Shown: positions 40,063-50,617 of the stretch, in pieces
Layout of the letters: the number at the start of each line of letters is the position of its first letter
Numbering within the stretch: position 1 is the first letter of the stretch
Assembly (NCBI GenBank): GCA_963662795.1
Contig: OY759746.1
Span: 3,648,001 to 3,712,000 of the forward strand
DNA: 64,000 bases
Source of the DNA: Spirochaetia bacterium
Lineage (GTDB): Bacteria > Spirochaetota > Spirochaetia > CADAEX01
Direction of reading: 5' to 3'
Notes under the pieces: generated by a model
What the model was told of the DNA's origin: nothing
The model's input: the letters and a program-made list of their open reading frames with translations, nothing else
The model's database searches: none
Position numbers and translations under genes: made by a program

Positions 40063-43000
40063 TATTTATCCCTGCCGTACAGCCATACCTTAATCAGGGA
40101 AATCAGTTTATCCCCGTCGACAGGTTTTGACATATAGTCATCCGCTCCTGCTTCGATACATTTTTCACGGTCATTTTTCATTGCTTTTGCGGTAAGAGCT
40201 ATTATAGGTATATTTTTAAAATCCTCATTTACGCGTATTTTTTTCATTGTTTCATAGCCGTCCATATCCGGCATCATTATATCCATAAGAATAAGATCTA
40301 TCCCGGAAGTTGCATTTAAAATTTTCAATGCTTTTTCACCAGATTCAGCTTTAATTGTTTCAAGTCCTTTTGAAGTAAGCAATTTGGAAACAGCGAACAG
40401 GGCTCTCATATCATCGTCAACAATCAGGACTTTTCCTTCCTTGAACATCTTGTCTGTTTGACTGATATCTGTTTGTAATTGTTTTTTATCTTTCTTCCCT
40501 GTTTTTATCATCTGATGGAGGAAAAGAGATACCTCATCCAGAAGTCTTCCTTCAGACCTTGCGTCCTTGATTATTATTGAATCAGAATGTTCATTGATTG
40601 ATATTTCCTCATCCTGGGTAAGATCTTTTCCTGTATATACAATAACCGGCGGCAGGGTCATATTATTTTTAAGCTCCTCCATTTTATCCAGCAGCTCCAT
40701 TCCGCTGATGTCAGGGAGTCCAAGGTCCATAACAATGCAATGGTATTTTCCGGTTTTAACAGCCTTAAAAGCATCTTCACCTGTTATAGCAACATCAATA
40801 TTTATATTATCACTTTTCAAAAGAGAAACAATATTATTTTTCATAACCTCATCATCTTCAACTACAAGCAAGTTGCGGGTTCTGTGATCGCTTAGTTCAA
40901 TAAGTTTACTTATAACTTCATCAAGCTGTTCTTTGGTAACCGGTTTATTTAAAAAGCCGACCGCTCCATTTCTGAAAGCGCTGAGCGTAGGTTCATTGAT
41001 CGATATAATGTGAACAGGGATATGTCTGGTCTGAGGATCATCCTTAAGGCTGCTTAATACTTTATATCCGTCAATTCCCGGAAGCTGGAGATCAAGAATT
41101 ATCCCGCTGGGGTGATGCTTTTTGGCAAGAGATAATCCGTTGTTTCCTGTAGAAGCGGCAATACATTTATAACCCTTGTTTTTGCAGTGTTTCATTACTA
41201 TTTTTAAAAATTCAAGATCATCCTCAATAATCAACAGTACCTTATCATTCTCCTTGAGGTTATTACGGTCATCATTGAGTTTCTCAGGGCTTGAGTCCGG
41301 TTCAACAGCAAGATTTTGCTGACTTTCTGCCGGTATTAGTATTTCCTGGATGTTTGTTTTTTTCTTGCTGCCTGATTCACATTCAAACGGCAGATAAAGT
41401 GTGAAAATACTCCCCTTCCCTTCTTCACTTTCAAGTTTTATTACACCTCCAAGCAGAGCCGCCAGTTCTCTTGCAATTGAGAGGCCCAGGCCGGTCCCTC
41501 CGTACCTCCTTGAAGTTCCCCCGTCTCCCTGCTGGAATGCTTCAAAAACAGCTTTTTTCTGTAACTCCGGTATCCCTATTCCTGTATCCCTGACTGAAAT
41601 TGAAAGCAATTCCTCATCACTTTCTGATTTGGAAAATTTCACATCAACACTTCCCCTGGCTGTAAATTTAATCGCATTTCCTATCAGGTTGCGCAGAATC
41701 TGTTCCAGGCGCATACTGTCGGAATAAATCAACTGGGGTATATTTTTCTCAATTTCCACACTGAAATCAAGGTTCTTCTCCTTTGCCAGCTTGGTAAAAC
41801 CTGTTTCAAGCCTTTCCTTAATATCTTTCAGATTTATATTTTCAAAATACAATTCCATTCTTCCTGCTTCTATTCTTGAAAGATCAAGTATCTGATTAAT
41901 AAGATTCAGAAGATCATTACCCCCCTTGAATATTATATTTGCAGACTCCACCTGTTCTTCGTTCAGATTTTTCTCTTCATTATTGGCCAGGTCCCGCGCA
42001 AGAAGAAGCAGACTGTTTAAAGGAGTCCTGAGTTCATGAGACATGTTGGAAAGAAACTCGGATTTATATTTGCTTGCCTGTTCAAGCTCATCAGCTTTTT
42101 TCTGCAATTCCATTTTTGCCTCTTCAACCAGTCTCTGTTTTTCTTCGAGCTGTTCATTTTTAATTTCAAGATCAACATTTGAATGCTCAAGTTCCTGCTG
42201 CTGTTCTTTTAGTCTATCCTCCGATTCTCTCAGCCGGCTGGCCTGCTCCTCAAGTTCTTCATTTGATACTCTAAGTTCCTCCTGCTGAGTCTGAAGTTCA
42301 TGTTTCTGTTCTTCTGTCTGCTTTAAAAGTATTCTTTCCTGTTCCATCCCCTGCAGTGTATTGATACTGATTCCTATGCTGCCAAGTACGGATGTGAGAT
42401 ATTCAATTTTCATATCACTTACAATACTTGTAAATCCAAGCTCAATTACTCCCTTAACCTCACCATTAAAAAGAACAGGAGCCAGTACAATACTTACAGG
42501 AGATGCCCGGCCAAGGTCAGAACCCATATAGATATAATTTTCAGGGATAGTATTTATTATTTTTATTTTTTTATCTGATGCAGCCTGTCCAACAAGACCT
42601 TCTCCGAAATCAAAAGATTCAGGCACCGCTTTATCTTTAAAATATGCAAAAATTGCGCTCCTTATAAGTTTTTTATCTTTTACAAGATAGAATGAACCGA
42701 TATCTGCTCCTGAGTAATCCGAAATTTCTTTTAAAATATCAGTAGCTAACGGTTTTGAATTTTTAAACATCCTCATGCGTTTATATAGCCTGTTTTGTCC
42801 TTCCTGAATGAAGTTTTTCTCTTTCAATGTAATTGCCTGATTTTCAAGCATTTCCATCATTTCATCAAATGATTTTGAGATCAAACCGATTTCATCCCCT
42901 GAATTTATATTTGTTCTAAGTGACAGATTTTCAGGACCGACTGTTTTTACTGCTTTTTGAAGCCTTAGCAAAGGAATTGTGATGGATCTTGAAATCAATA

Positions 43001-43910
43001 GGGATATTATTACACCGATAAGTAAAATTATCGCTAAAACAATATATGTAAGTGTTCTTAACAAATAAACAGGCTGAAGTACTTCTGCTGAATTATTATC
43101 AATAATCAATGTCCATGTTCTTTTTTTTATATTGTCATATAATGTACTGTATCCGTAAATATTATCCTTGCCGTTTTCTTTTAATTCAAAAGAACCGCTC
43201 TTTTCCGTAATATTTTTCCATAACTCAGTTTCAGTTATTGATTCAAATGGAGTAATTGCAAGCGTAGAATAAAAAAGCTGGCCATCTCCGTTAACAAGAC
43301 GGGTTCTGGTTGTTTCAAACGCGGCTCCGACCAGTTCTATCTCATGAGTAAGAATTGTCATGTTGACTTCTGCCCTGAGTATTCCTGCAAATGAACCGTT
43401 ATCATCATAAACAGATACTGATAACGGAAGAATGGGGTTAAGTGTATGCTGATCAAGAACTAATGAGTCTCTATAATATTGATGCTTTTTAGTATTTATC
43501 CACCAGATTTCAGAAGACAGGTTTCCCGATTGAGTCTTTGATGAATCAAAAACAATATTTCCCGTCTGGTCGGTAAAAAGGATACTTTCATAGACTTTGT
43601 ACCCGTACTGCCTATCAATTTTATTTAATGCTTCATCTTTTGTATTGTTTTTTATGTCTGATTTCATCCATATTTTTGATGCACTCGCAAACAATGAAAG
43701 TTCCCTGTATTTTTTCTCAATTGAATTTTCAACTATGGCAAGATATCTTTTGGCATGGAATTCAAGTGTATCCTGAACTGTTCTGGTCAGAACCTTTAAC
43801 GCTGTATAGGATGAAAAAAAACCAAACCCCACTATTAACAGACATAACAGTAAAAAACCTGCATTCAGTCTTGCCTGTATACCTGTTATTATTTTTTTAT
43901 TCATAATCAA
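40062..43910 (-). CDS. Hybrid sensor kinase Cache-HAMP-GAF-coiled coil-HisKA-HATPase-3xREC
   Basis: Two TMs, HAMP (DEIGLI), GEGLVGQ GAF motif, FLSNMSHELRTPLNS, YGGTGLGL, three REC domains (LDLQLP, MDLGLP, MDIMMP). Confidence 0.93.
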   Translation of the reverse strand: MIMNKKIITGIQARLNAGFLLLCLLIVGFGFFSSYTALKVLTRTVQDTLEFHAKRYLAIVENSIEKKYRELSLFASASKIWMKSDIKNNTKDEALNKIDRQYGYKVYESILFTDQTGNIVFDSSKTQSGNLSSEIWWINTKKHQYYRDSLVLDQHTLNPILPLSVSVYDDNGSFAGILRAEVNMTILTHEIELVGAAFETTRTRLVNGDGQLFYSTLAITPFESITETELWKNITEKSGSFELKENGKDNIYGYSTLYDNIKKRTWTLIIDNNSAEVLQPVYLLRTLTYIVLAIILLIGVIISLLISRSITIPLLRLQKAVKTVGPENLSLRTNINSGDEIGLISKSFDEMMEMLENQAITLKEKNFIQEGQNRLYKRMRMFKNSKPLATDILKEISDYSGADIGSFYLVKDKKLIRSAIFAYFKDKAVPESFDFGEGLVGQAASDKKIKIINTIPENYIYMGSDLGRASPVSIVLAPVLFNGEVKGVIELGFTSIVSDMKIEYLTSVLGSIGISINTLQGMEQERILLKQTEEQKHELQTQQEELRVSNEELEEQASRLRESEDRLKEQQQELEHSNVDLEIKNEQLEEKQRLVEEAKMELQKKADELEQASKYKSEFLSNMSHELRTPLNSLLLLARDLANNEEKNLNEEQVESANIIFKGGNDLLNLINQILDLSRIEAGRMELYFENINLKDIKERLETGFTKLAKEKNLDFSVEIEKNIPQLIYSDSMRLEQILRNLIGNAIKFTARGSVDVKFSKSESDEELLSISVRDTGIGIPELQKKAVFEAFQQGDGGTSRRYGGTGLGLSIARELAALLGGVIKLESEEGKGSIFTLYLPFECESGSKKKTNIQEILIPAESQQNLAVEPDSSPEKLNDDRNNLKENDKVLLIIEDDLEFLKIVMKHCKNKGYKCIAASTGNNGLSLAKKHHPSGIILDLQLPGIDGYKVLSSLKDDPQTRHIPVHIISINEPTLSAFRNGAVGFLNKPVTKEQLDEVISKLIELSDHRTRNLLVVEDDEVMKNNIVSLLKSDNINIDVAITGEDAFKAVKTGKYHCIVMDLGLPDISGMELLDKMEELKNNMTLPPVIVYTGKDLTQDEEISINEHSDSIIIKDARSEGRLLDEVSLFLHQMIKTGKKDKKQLQTDISQTDKMFKEGKVLIVDDDMRALFAVSKLLTSKGLETIKAESGEKALKILNATSGIDLILMDIMMPDMDGYETMKKIRVNEDFKNIPIIALTAKAMKNDREKCIEAGADDYMSKPVDGDKLISLIKVWLYGRDK

Positions 43911-45018
43911 TTATTCCCCCGACATTTTTTGCCGGCATTAATTCAAATTTTAAATCATGTTCACCGCTTTTAACAGATATTTTACCTAGAGAACCTGTAT
44001 ATACAAATCCTGAAGCCATTTGCTCCTGAATAGTACCGCGTGATATTTCCTTTCCCGACAGAAGTCCTGACAGCATTTTCAGACTCTCATATCCGTTGGC
44101 ACCATAGTGACTCAATGGACGGTTATATTTAGCTTCAAAATTACTTTTCAAGGTTGCGGCAAAAGAATATTTTTCATTATAAATAGCAGGTGAAGCCAGA
44201 TAAACTCCATCAGCTTCACTCAGTTCACTGACTTGTTGCTGAGCAGCCCCGGATGCTGCCAGAATATACCCTTTGTATCCTTCTTTTCTCAATACAATCA
44301 ATGCTTCAGTATAATCAACCGGATATCCGATAATATATACCGCGTCGTTATTCAATATTTTCAAAACAGCATCAGATATTTTTATATTTTTCCTGTCATA
44401 AGGCTCTGAATCGATCTTGATTTTTTTATCGTTAATATTTCCTTCAAGTTCAGCAAATACTGCTTTCCCGTATTCATCATCAAGATAAATTACTCCTGGA
44501 TTTTTGATTTTAAGTTTTTCAAAAAAATAAAGAATCGGAGCAATTTCATTATCAGGCAAGGTATAAAACCTGAAAACCCAGTTTTTATTACGGGTTATTT
44601 CAATACCTGACGTTACAAGACACAAAAGAGGAACTTCTGCTTTTTCTGCATATGGTGATAAAGAAGTGCCAATTGAACTTAAAGCAGTGATATAAAGATC
44701 AGGTTTAAATTTAGCTTCTATATCTTTGAATTCCTCTACCGCTTTTTCAGGGTTGGTTTTGTTATCCCTTACAATGAGTTCAATTTTCCTGCCGTTTATG
44801 CCGTCATACTTATTAATTTCCTCAACTGAAAGTTCTATTCCTTCAAGAACTTCCTTCAAATGTGCACCAGGCCCTGATAATGATATTATAACACCTATTT
44901 TTATTGAATTATTTTTCCTGCATGATTGAAGAGAAAACGAACCTGATATAATTAAAATCGCCAGACAGATACCCGCAATTATCCCTGAGATTCCATATTT
45001 TACTTTTACATCACTCAT
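43897..45018 (-). CDS. LivJ-like periplasmic binding lipoprotein (orphan)
   Basis: SLQSC lipobox, IKIGVIISLSGP, INGRKIELIVRD, DDEYG; no permease genes nearby. Confidence 0.82.
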   Translation of the reverse strand: MSDVKVKYGISGIIAGICLAILIISGSFSLQSCRKNNSIKIGVIISLSGPGAHLKEVLEGIELSVEEINKYDGINGRKIELIVRDNKTNPEKAVEEFKDIEAKFKPDLYITALSSIGTSLSPYAEKAEVPLLCLVTSGIEITRNKNWVFRFYTLPDNEIAPILYFFEKLKIKNPGVIYLDDEYGKAVFAELEGNINDKKIKIDSEPYDRKNIKISDAVLKILNNDAVYIIGYPVDYTEALIVLRKEGYKGYILAASGAAQQQVSELSEADGVYLASPAIYNEKYSFAATLKSNFEAKYNRPLSHYGANGYESLKMLSGLLSGKEISRGTIQEQMASGFVYTGSLGKISVKSGEHDLKFELMPAKNVGGIIDYE

Positions 45019-45035
45019 AATAGATTCTCCTTTTA

Positions 45036-46214
45036 TCATGATATTTCCGCAGCAGAACCCTTATCCGTAGCTTTAAAAATCAGCCTGACTTTTGTACCTT
45101 TTTCCGGCCTGCTTTTTATTTCCACAGTCCCTCCAATACTGTTTACAAGTCCGTAAACTGTAGAAAGGCCGAGACCTGAATATTTAGGTCCTTTTGTTGT
45201 ATAAAAAGGATCGAAGCAATGTCTGAGTTCCTCCTTTGTCATACCGCAGCCTTGATCCGTGATTTCAATAATCAGGTTCTCTTTATCATGAATTACTTCA
45301 ATATTAATTCCCCCTTTATTGCTCATAGCATCAGATGCATTTTTTAATAATTCCAGAAGTATTGTCTGCATTTCATTCATATTACCGTTTATGCAGGGTA
45401 ATCTTTCAGCTGCTTTAATTGTTATATAAATAGTGTTTTCAATATTTTTTTCGTTGTTAAATATTTCTATTGTATCTGTTATCAGTTTTTGCATATCAAT
45501 ACTTGATAGAGGATTCTCTATAAGTTTTTTTCTGTTGAAATTATTGATTTTTAAAATTGTAGACTCTATGCATGCTGCCGATTTAATAATATTTTTTATG
45601 AATTTTCTTGAACTATCGTCAAGATTTTTTTCTTTTTCCTGAAGAGCTTCTGCATATAACATGATAGGAGAAAGATTGTTATTAATATCATGGGCAATGC
45701 CGTAAAGCAGTTTGCCTACTGCGGCGAATTTCTCCTGCTGAATAACCTGTTCATATAACCTTTCCTTATCCTTGATCGCCAGTTCCAGATCAAGAGTTCT
45801 TTCTTTAATCAGATCTTCAAGATTATTCCGGTAGGCATTGTTGGATTCTTCAAGTTTTTTAATTTTGACAGCGTTTTCGACAGCCTTTAAAACCGATGTT
45901 TTATCTACAGGTTTAATAAGATAATCGCAGGCGCCGAAGCGAAGAGCCTGTGAAGCTGTTTCAATATTCGGTTCACCTGTAATCATTATAACCTGCAGCC
46001 GGGGATAATTATCATTAATGGATTTCAGCAATTCCACACCCGATATTCTGGGGAGCAGTATGTCTGTAACGACTATATCTATTTTATTTTCTTCCAGTAT
46101 TTTTAAAGCAGTTTCCGCGTCTTCCGCAATGTCAACTTTATAACCTTCTCTTAATAAAAATTCTCTTAATGTTATACGGATACTTTTTTCATCATCTACA
46201 ATAAGTATGTGCAT
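45036..46214 (-). CDS. REC-histidine kinase
   Basis: VDDE, TDILLP, GIAHDINN, DQGCGM, SGLGL. Confidence 0.9.
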   Translation of the reverse strand: MHILIVDDEKSIRITLREFLLREGYKVDIAEDAETALKILEENKIDIVVTDILLPRISGVELLKSINDNYPRLQVIMITGEPNIETASQALRFGACDYLIKPVDKTSVLKAVENAVKIKKLEESNNAYRNNLEDLIKERTLDLELAIKDKERLYEQVIQQEKFAAVGKLLYGIAHDINNNLSPIMLYAEALQEKEKNLDDSSRKFIKNIIKSAACIESTILKINNFNRKKLIENPLSSIDMQKLITDTIEIFNNEKNIENTIYITIKAAERLPCINGNMNEMQTILLELLKNASDAMSNKGGINIEVIHDKENLIIEITDQGCGMTKEELRHCFDPFYTTKGPKYSGLGLSTVYGLVNSIGGTVEIKSRPEKGTKVRLIFKATDKGSAAEIS

Positions 46215-46232
46215 ATTTTTACCTTTATATTT

Positions 46233-47315
46233 TTAAATTTCCTGAAAATCCGATTTAATTTTAAGTATTTTATCTTTTATGGAAATAAAGGCGGAAGCAA
46301 AATCAGGATCAAAATGTTTCCCACGGCCTTCTTCAATTATCTGAAAAGCTTTTTCTGCCGTAAAAGCATTTTTATAAGGTCTTTTAGTTGTCAGGGCATC
46401 AAATACATCGGCAATTGCAGCTATTCTTCCTTCAACAGGTATATTTTCACCCGACAACCCGTTGGGATATCCTGTACCATCCCATTTTTCATGATGTGAT
46501 AAAGCTATTATTCTTCCCTTAATCAATAACAGGCTTTTTGACCCTTCAAGTATTTTAGCCCCGATAATTGTGTGTTTTTTCATTAAATCCCATTCAGTAC
46601 TGTCAAGTGAGCCTTTTTTTAGCAGTATATTATCAGGTATTCCAATTTTACCTATATCGTGCATCGGGGAAGTATATAAAATCATGTCGGAAATTTCCTG
46701 AGACATTCCTATACATCCTGAAAGGGCAACTGCATAATTACTCATTCTCTGAAGATGCGAGGAAGTATCCTCATCCCTGTACTCGGCAGCTCTTGAAAGG
46801 CTGTAGATTGTATCAAGAGAGGCATTCTGCAGATCAGTAAGCGCATGCCGGAGCTCAAGGGTTCTTTCCGATACCTGTTTCTCAAGTACTGCCTGATTAT
46901 TTATCATGTAATCGTTGTACGCCTTAACTTTAACCAGAGATTTCAATCTTGCGGAAAGTTCCGCTAAATGAGGGGGTTTTACCAGAAAATCATCCGCTCC
47001 AAGCTTCAATGCCTCAATCCTTAATTTAATATCATTCTCCCCTGTAACGATAATTATTGGAATATGCATCAGTTTTACATCAGTTTTTAGAATTTCTGTA
47101 ATTTCAATCCCGGTTTTTCCCGGCATATGTATATCCAGAAGAATTACATCCGGATTTATCATATTAATTTTAGATAACAACTCAAGACCGTCAGAAACTT
47201 CAGCAACGTTATATCCCTCTATATTGAGTAAATCATTAAAAGTTGACCGTATACGGGGATCATCATCAGCTACAAGTATGACAGGTTTTGATTTAATACT
47301 AATCTGCTCTTTCAC
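46233..47315 (-). CDS. REC-HD-GYP cyclic dinucleotide phosphodiesterase (RpfG-like)
   Basis: LLDIHMP, MHDIGKIG, HHEKWDGTGYP, ADVFDALT. Confidence 0.93.
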   Translation of the reverse strand: MKEQISIKSKPVILVADDDPRIRSTFNDLLNIEGYNVAEVSDGLELLSKINMINPDVILLDIHMPGKTGIEITEILKTDVKLMHIPIIIVTGENDIKLRIEALKLGADDFLVKPPHLAELSARLKSLVKVKAYNDYMINNQAVLEKQVSERTLELRHALTDLQNASLDTIYSLSRAAEYRDEDTSSHLQRMSNYAVALSGCIGMSQEISDMILYTSPMHDIGKIGIPDNILLKKGSLDSTEWDLMKKHTIIGAKILEGSKSLLLIKGRIIALSHHEKWDGTGYPNGLSGENIPVEGRIAAIADVFDALTTKRPYKNAFTAEKAFQIIEEGRGKHFDPDFASAFISIKDKILKIKSDFQEI

Positions 47316-50043
47316 AGTTTCCTCTGTTCATCATCTCATTTAATATTTTACGGATAACATTCATCCTGGGAGGTTTCTCTAGTACTGCATCTATATTTTC
47401 AGGGATATCAATTCCCCCCTTTACAATATTGCTCCAGCCGGAAAGAAGAACAACAGGTATCCCTGGATCAAGTATTTTAAGTTCCTTTGCCAGTTCATAA
47501 CCGCTCATCCCAGGCATTCCAAGGTCTGTAATTACTATTTCAAACGGATCTTTGCTTTCAATATTTTTCCTGAACTCATAAAGTGCGTTTGTACCGTTAT
47601 CAGTTGTCACAATACTGTGGCCGTCAATTGTCAGTAATTCGCTCAATGCATTTAATATACGGGGATCATCATCAACACATAATATCTTAAAAGGGCCGCA
47701 TTCTTTTGAATATTCAGTTTCAGAATGCAGTGTCTTTACCTGATTGTTTATCGGAAAAATCATATTAATGGATGTGCCGATATCAGGCCTGCTGAAAATA
47801 TCAAGCTTTCCACCATGCCTGTTGATCATCCCGAAAACACCCGCCAACCCAAGCCCTGTCCCGTTAATTCCTTTAGTGGTATAAAAAGGCTCTATACATC
47901 GTCTTTTCTCTTCCTCACTCATCCCCTTTCCATTGTCTTCTACTGAGATAATTATATTTTTGGAGGTGTATTTCCCTTTCAAAATGATAGTCCCTTTTTT
48001 GTCAATTGCATCAGCTGAATTAAAAATACAATTAATTAGAGACTCCCTTAAATCGCTTTTTACACAAACAAGCCTCATGTCGGGATCAGCAAGCTGTATT
48101 TCGATATTTACTTCATATCCTGAATCAATAGTCTTGGCTTCATATTTGGGTCTGACCAGCTCAATAACGTCCATAAAAATTTCCGAAATCAATACATCTT
48201 CCATATTTGACTCATCATCTTTTTTATAAAAAGACCTGAGCCTTTGAGTTACATTCTCTATATCGCTTACTGCTTTTTGAATAGTGCCTAGATATTTTCT
48301 ACCGCGTTCACTTATCCCTGGTTCAGTCTCAATCAAGGCTTCTGTGTAAAGAGTAATTGGAGATAATATATTATTTATATCGTGCGTTATCCCGCTTGCT
48401 ACCTGCCCCATGGCTTTTAATCGCTCCTGCTCTTTCATTGCTTCCTGCGCTTTTCCGAGTTTTTTATAAGAAGATATTATTTTTTCGTAAAGCCGGAAAT
48501 TATGAATCGAAACTGATATATTTTCTGCAAGGTTGTTAAGAAAATATTTTTTTGCTTTATTAAGGTTGAAATCGCTTTTGTCGACAAGAAACAGCTGACC
48601 GACAAGATTGTCATCGGAAAATAACGGCATGAACAATATATTTGTCAAATTATTCAGCTGTAAATTAACAAGATATTTATCAAAATAACTGCTGCCGGAT
48701 TCCGGTTGATCTTTATTCAGGTTAATATAAAATAGTCCTGGTTTTTTCGACAGCAAGAAAGATTTATTTTTATTATCTATATTAAAAACTGTTTCAGAAT
48801 CAACTAACATGTTATCAATATTTTCAAGATTATTATATTCAATATGCTTTATGGTAAAAGAAGTACCCTTGTTGTTAAACAACCCGACCCCTGCAATGGA
48901 ATGGCTGAAATTGTTATTAAGATATTTCATAACAATACGAAGAATACTTTCCAGATCGTTTTTTCTTGCGATCTGTGTTGTAATTGTATTCAGTGCTTCA
49001 AGCCACTCCGCCCGCAGGTTGAGCTGTGCCTGTGTTTTTCTTAATTCTGCAAAAGTTTCCTGAATTAATTTTTCATCATTTTTTCTGGATGTAATATTCT
49101 CAACAGAAACTTCGCAATACTGCTGCCCTGTTATATCTTCCACCAGATGAGCGTTTTCTGATACCCATATTTCCTTTCCTCCATTACATCTCCATTGAGT
49201 TTCAAAACCGGAAACATAGCCCTTTTCATTTAGTATCTTTTGCCATTTCACCCTGTCGTCAATATTCAAATAAAAATCACTTATATCAATATTCCTTAAC
49301 TTACTTGTATCTTTGTAATTAGTGATTTCAAGAAAGGCCTTGTTTGTATCAATTATTTTTTCCATATTATCTGTTGTATATAATCCAATCGGTACATTTT
49401 CAAAAAGCATCCGGTATTTTTTTTCACTATCAAGAATATTTATGTCTGTTTTCTCATGTTTGATTTCAATTTCATTATTATAATAAATAAAAGCTATGTC
49501 GTTTGCGATTTCAATTATTAAATCTTTTATTATTTCTGAATCAATAATTTTATAATTAATAATAAGGCAAAAAAATCCATATTTTATATCAGCATATTTG
49601 ACTTCAGTTATAAACGGTATATTTTCATTATTATTCTCTTTTTTCAAATCAAGGAACAGGCACTCATTCTTTTCATTCGGTTCGCAAATATAGTAATCAT
49701 TCTTAATAGCTTTCTTACAGCATACTGGAATTGAAATGGACTTGTTAAGATCATCTATTTTGTTGATTCCATTTTCATTAAAAATAAGGGAAGATTTATC
49801 AATCTCAATATTTTCAGAATTATTTTTATCATAAAAAATCAGCCATCCCGCTGAGCATATTTTATATTTTAAAAGGATATTAATAATGTCATGAAACACA
49901 TCCTGTCTCCCCATCTCCCTTTTTAAAATGATATTTATATCCCTCATTGCTTTTAAAAATATTAATTCACTTTTTTTAAGAGTTACTGATTCATTTAATG
50001 TTGAATCAACCGTTATTTCAGGCCTGAAATCGGCTGTTTTCAT
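47299..50043 (-). CDS. Cytoplasmic hybrid kinase (GAF-like/PAS/GAF-HisKA-HATPase-REC)
   Basis: PAS region LFENVPIG...WVSENA, GITHDINNIL, DNGKGM, GTGLGL, C-terminal REC (TDLGMP). Confidence 0.9.
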   Translation of the reverse strand: MKTADFRPEITVDSTLNESVTLKKSELIFLKAMRDINIILKREMGRQDVFHDIINILLKYKICSAGWLIFYDKNNSENIEIDKSSLIFNENGINKIDDLNKSISIPVCCKKAIKNDYYICEPNEKNECLFLDLKKENNNENIPFITEVKYADIKYGFFCLIINYKIIDSEIIKDLIIEIANDIAFIYYNNEIEIKHEKTDINILDSEKKYRMLFENVPIGLYTTDNMEKIIDTNKAFLEITNYKDTSKLRNIDISDFYLNIDDRVKWQKILNEKGYVSGFETQWRCNGGKEIWVSENAHLVEDITGQQYCEVSVENITSRKNDEKLIQETFAELRKTQAQLNLRAEWLEALNTITTQIARKNDLESILRIVMKYLNNNFSHSIAGVGLFNNKGTSFTIKHIEYNNLENIDNMLVDSETVFNIDNKNKSFLLSKKPGLFYINLNKDQPESGSSYFDKYLVNLQLNNLTNILFMPLFSDDNLVGQLFLVDKSDFNLNKAKKYFLNNLAENISVSIHNFRLYEKIISSYKKLGKAQEAMKEQERLKAMGQVASGITHDINNILSPITLYTEALIETEPGISERGRKYLGTIQKAVSDIENVTQRLRSFYKKDDESNMEDVLISEIFMDVIELVRPKYEAKTIDSGYEVNIEIQLADPDMRLVCVKSDLRESLINCIFNSADAIDKKGTIILKGKYTSKNIIISVEDNGKGMSEEEKRRCIEPFYTTKGINGTGLGLAGVFGMINRHGGKLDIFSRPDIGTSINMIFPINNQVKTLHSETEYSKECGPFKILCVDDDPRILNALSELLTIDGHSIVTTDNGTNALYEFRKNIESKDPFEIVITDLGMPGMSGYELAKELKILDPGIPVVLLSGWSNIVKGGIDIPENIDAVLEKPPRMNVIRKILNEMMNRGNCERAD

Positions 50044-50414
50044 TATTTTGATACCTTAATTATATCTTTAATTACCGAAATAGCTTTAACATGCTCTTTT
50101 GATTTATCAAAAAAATAATCCGCACCATCATCGAGGCAGCGCTGTATAGTATCATCAGAAGCGAAATTGGAAAGTATGATTACTACTGGTTTTTTTGATA
50201 ATGTGTTTGTGTAATTCAATACTTCATATCCGTTTCCGTCAGGCATCTTTAAATCCAGAATGAGGATGTCCGGTGATAATGTATCGATTTTTGATTTTGT
50301 GTCTTGAATATTTTCAGAATCGTGGATTTCAAGGTTTGTAAGTCCGTTTAAAAGTCTTTTAATGTTTTTTTTAACCAAAGTGGAATCATCTGCAATTAAC
50401 AAAATATATTTCAT
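50043..50414 (-). CDS. Single-domain response regulator
   Basis: IADDS, ILDLKMPDG, GADYFFDK. Confidence 0.9.
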   Translation of the reverse strand: MKYILLIADDSTLVKKNIKRLLNGLTNLEIHDSENIQDTKSKIDTLSPDILILDLKMPDGNGYEVLNYTNTLSKKPVVIILSNFASDDTIQRCLDDGADYFFDKSKEHVKAISVIKDIIKVSK

Positions 50415-50617
50415 TTCTCACTCTCTCTTTATATCAAGAAAGTATAATACATCTTAAATAATAGCGGTATCGCCTAAATGTTTATTTTAGTGTAGCTGAA
50501 ATAATGACAAATGATTTTCACGCGGAACAGGATTCCCGCGCATAATTATCAAATAGGGAGTATTAATTTGATCCTGAAGAGTATCAGTGTTAGATCATTT
50601 AGAGAGCACAATTTGTT

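Noticed and set aside
50521-50540. CGCGGAA/TTCCCGCG hairpin as a c-di-GMP riboswitch
   Set aside because: It is only a short imperfect stem with no GEMM consensus; at most a weak terminator.
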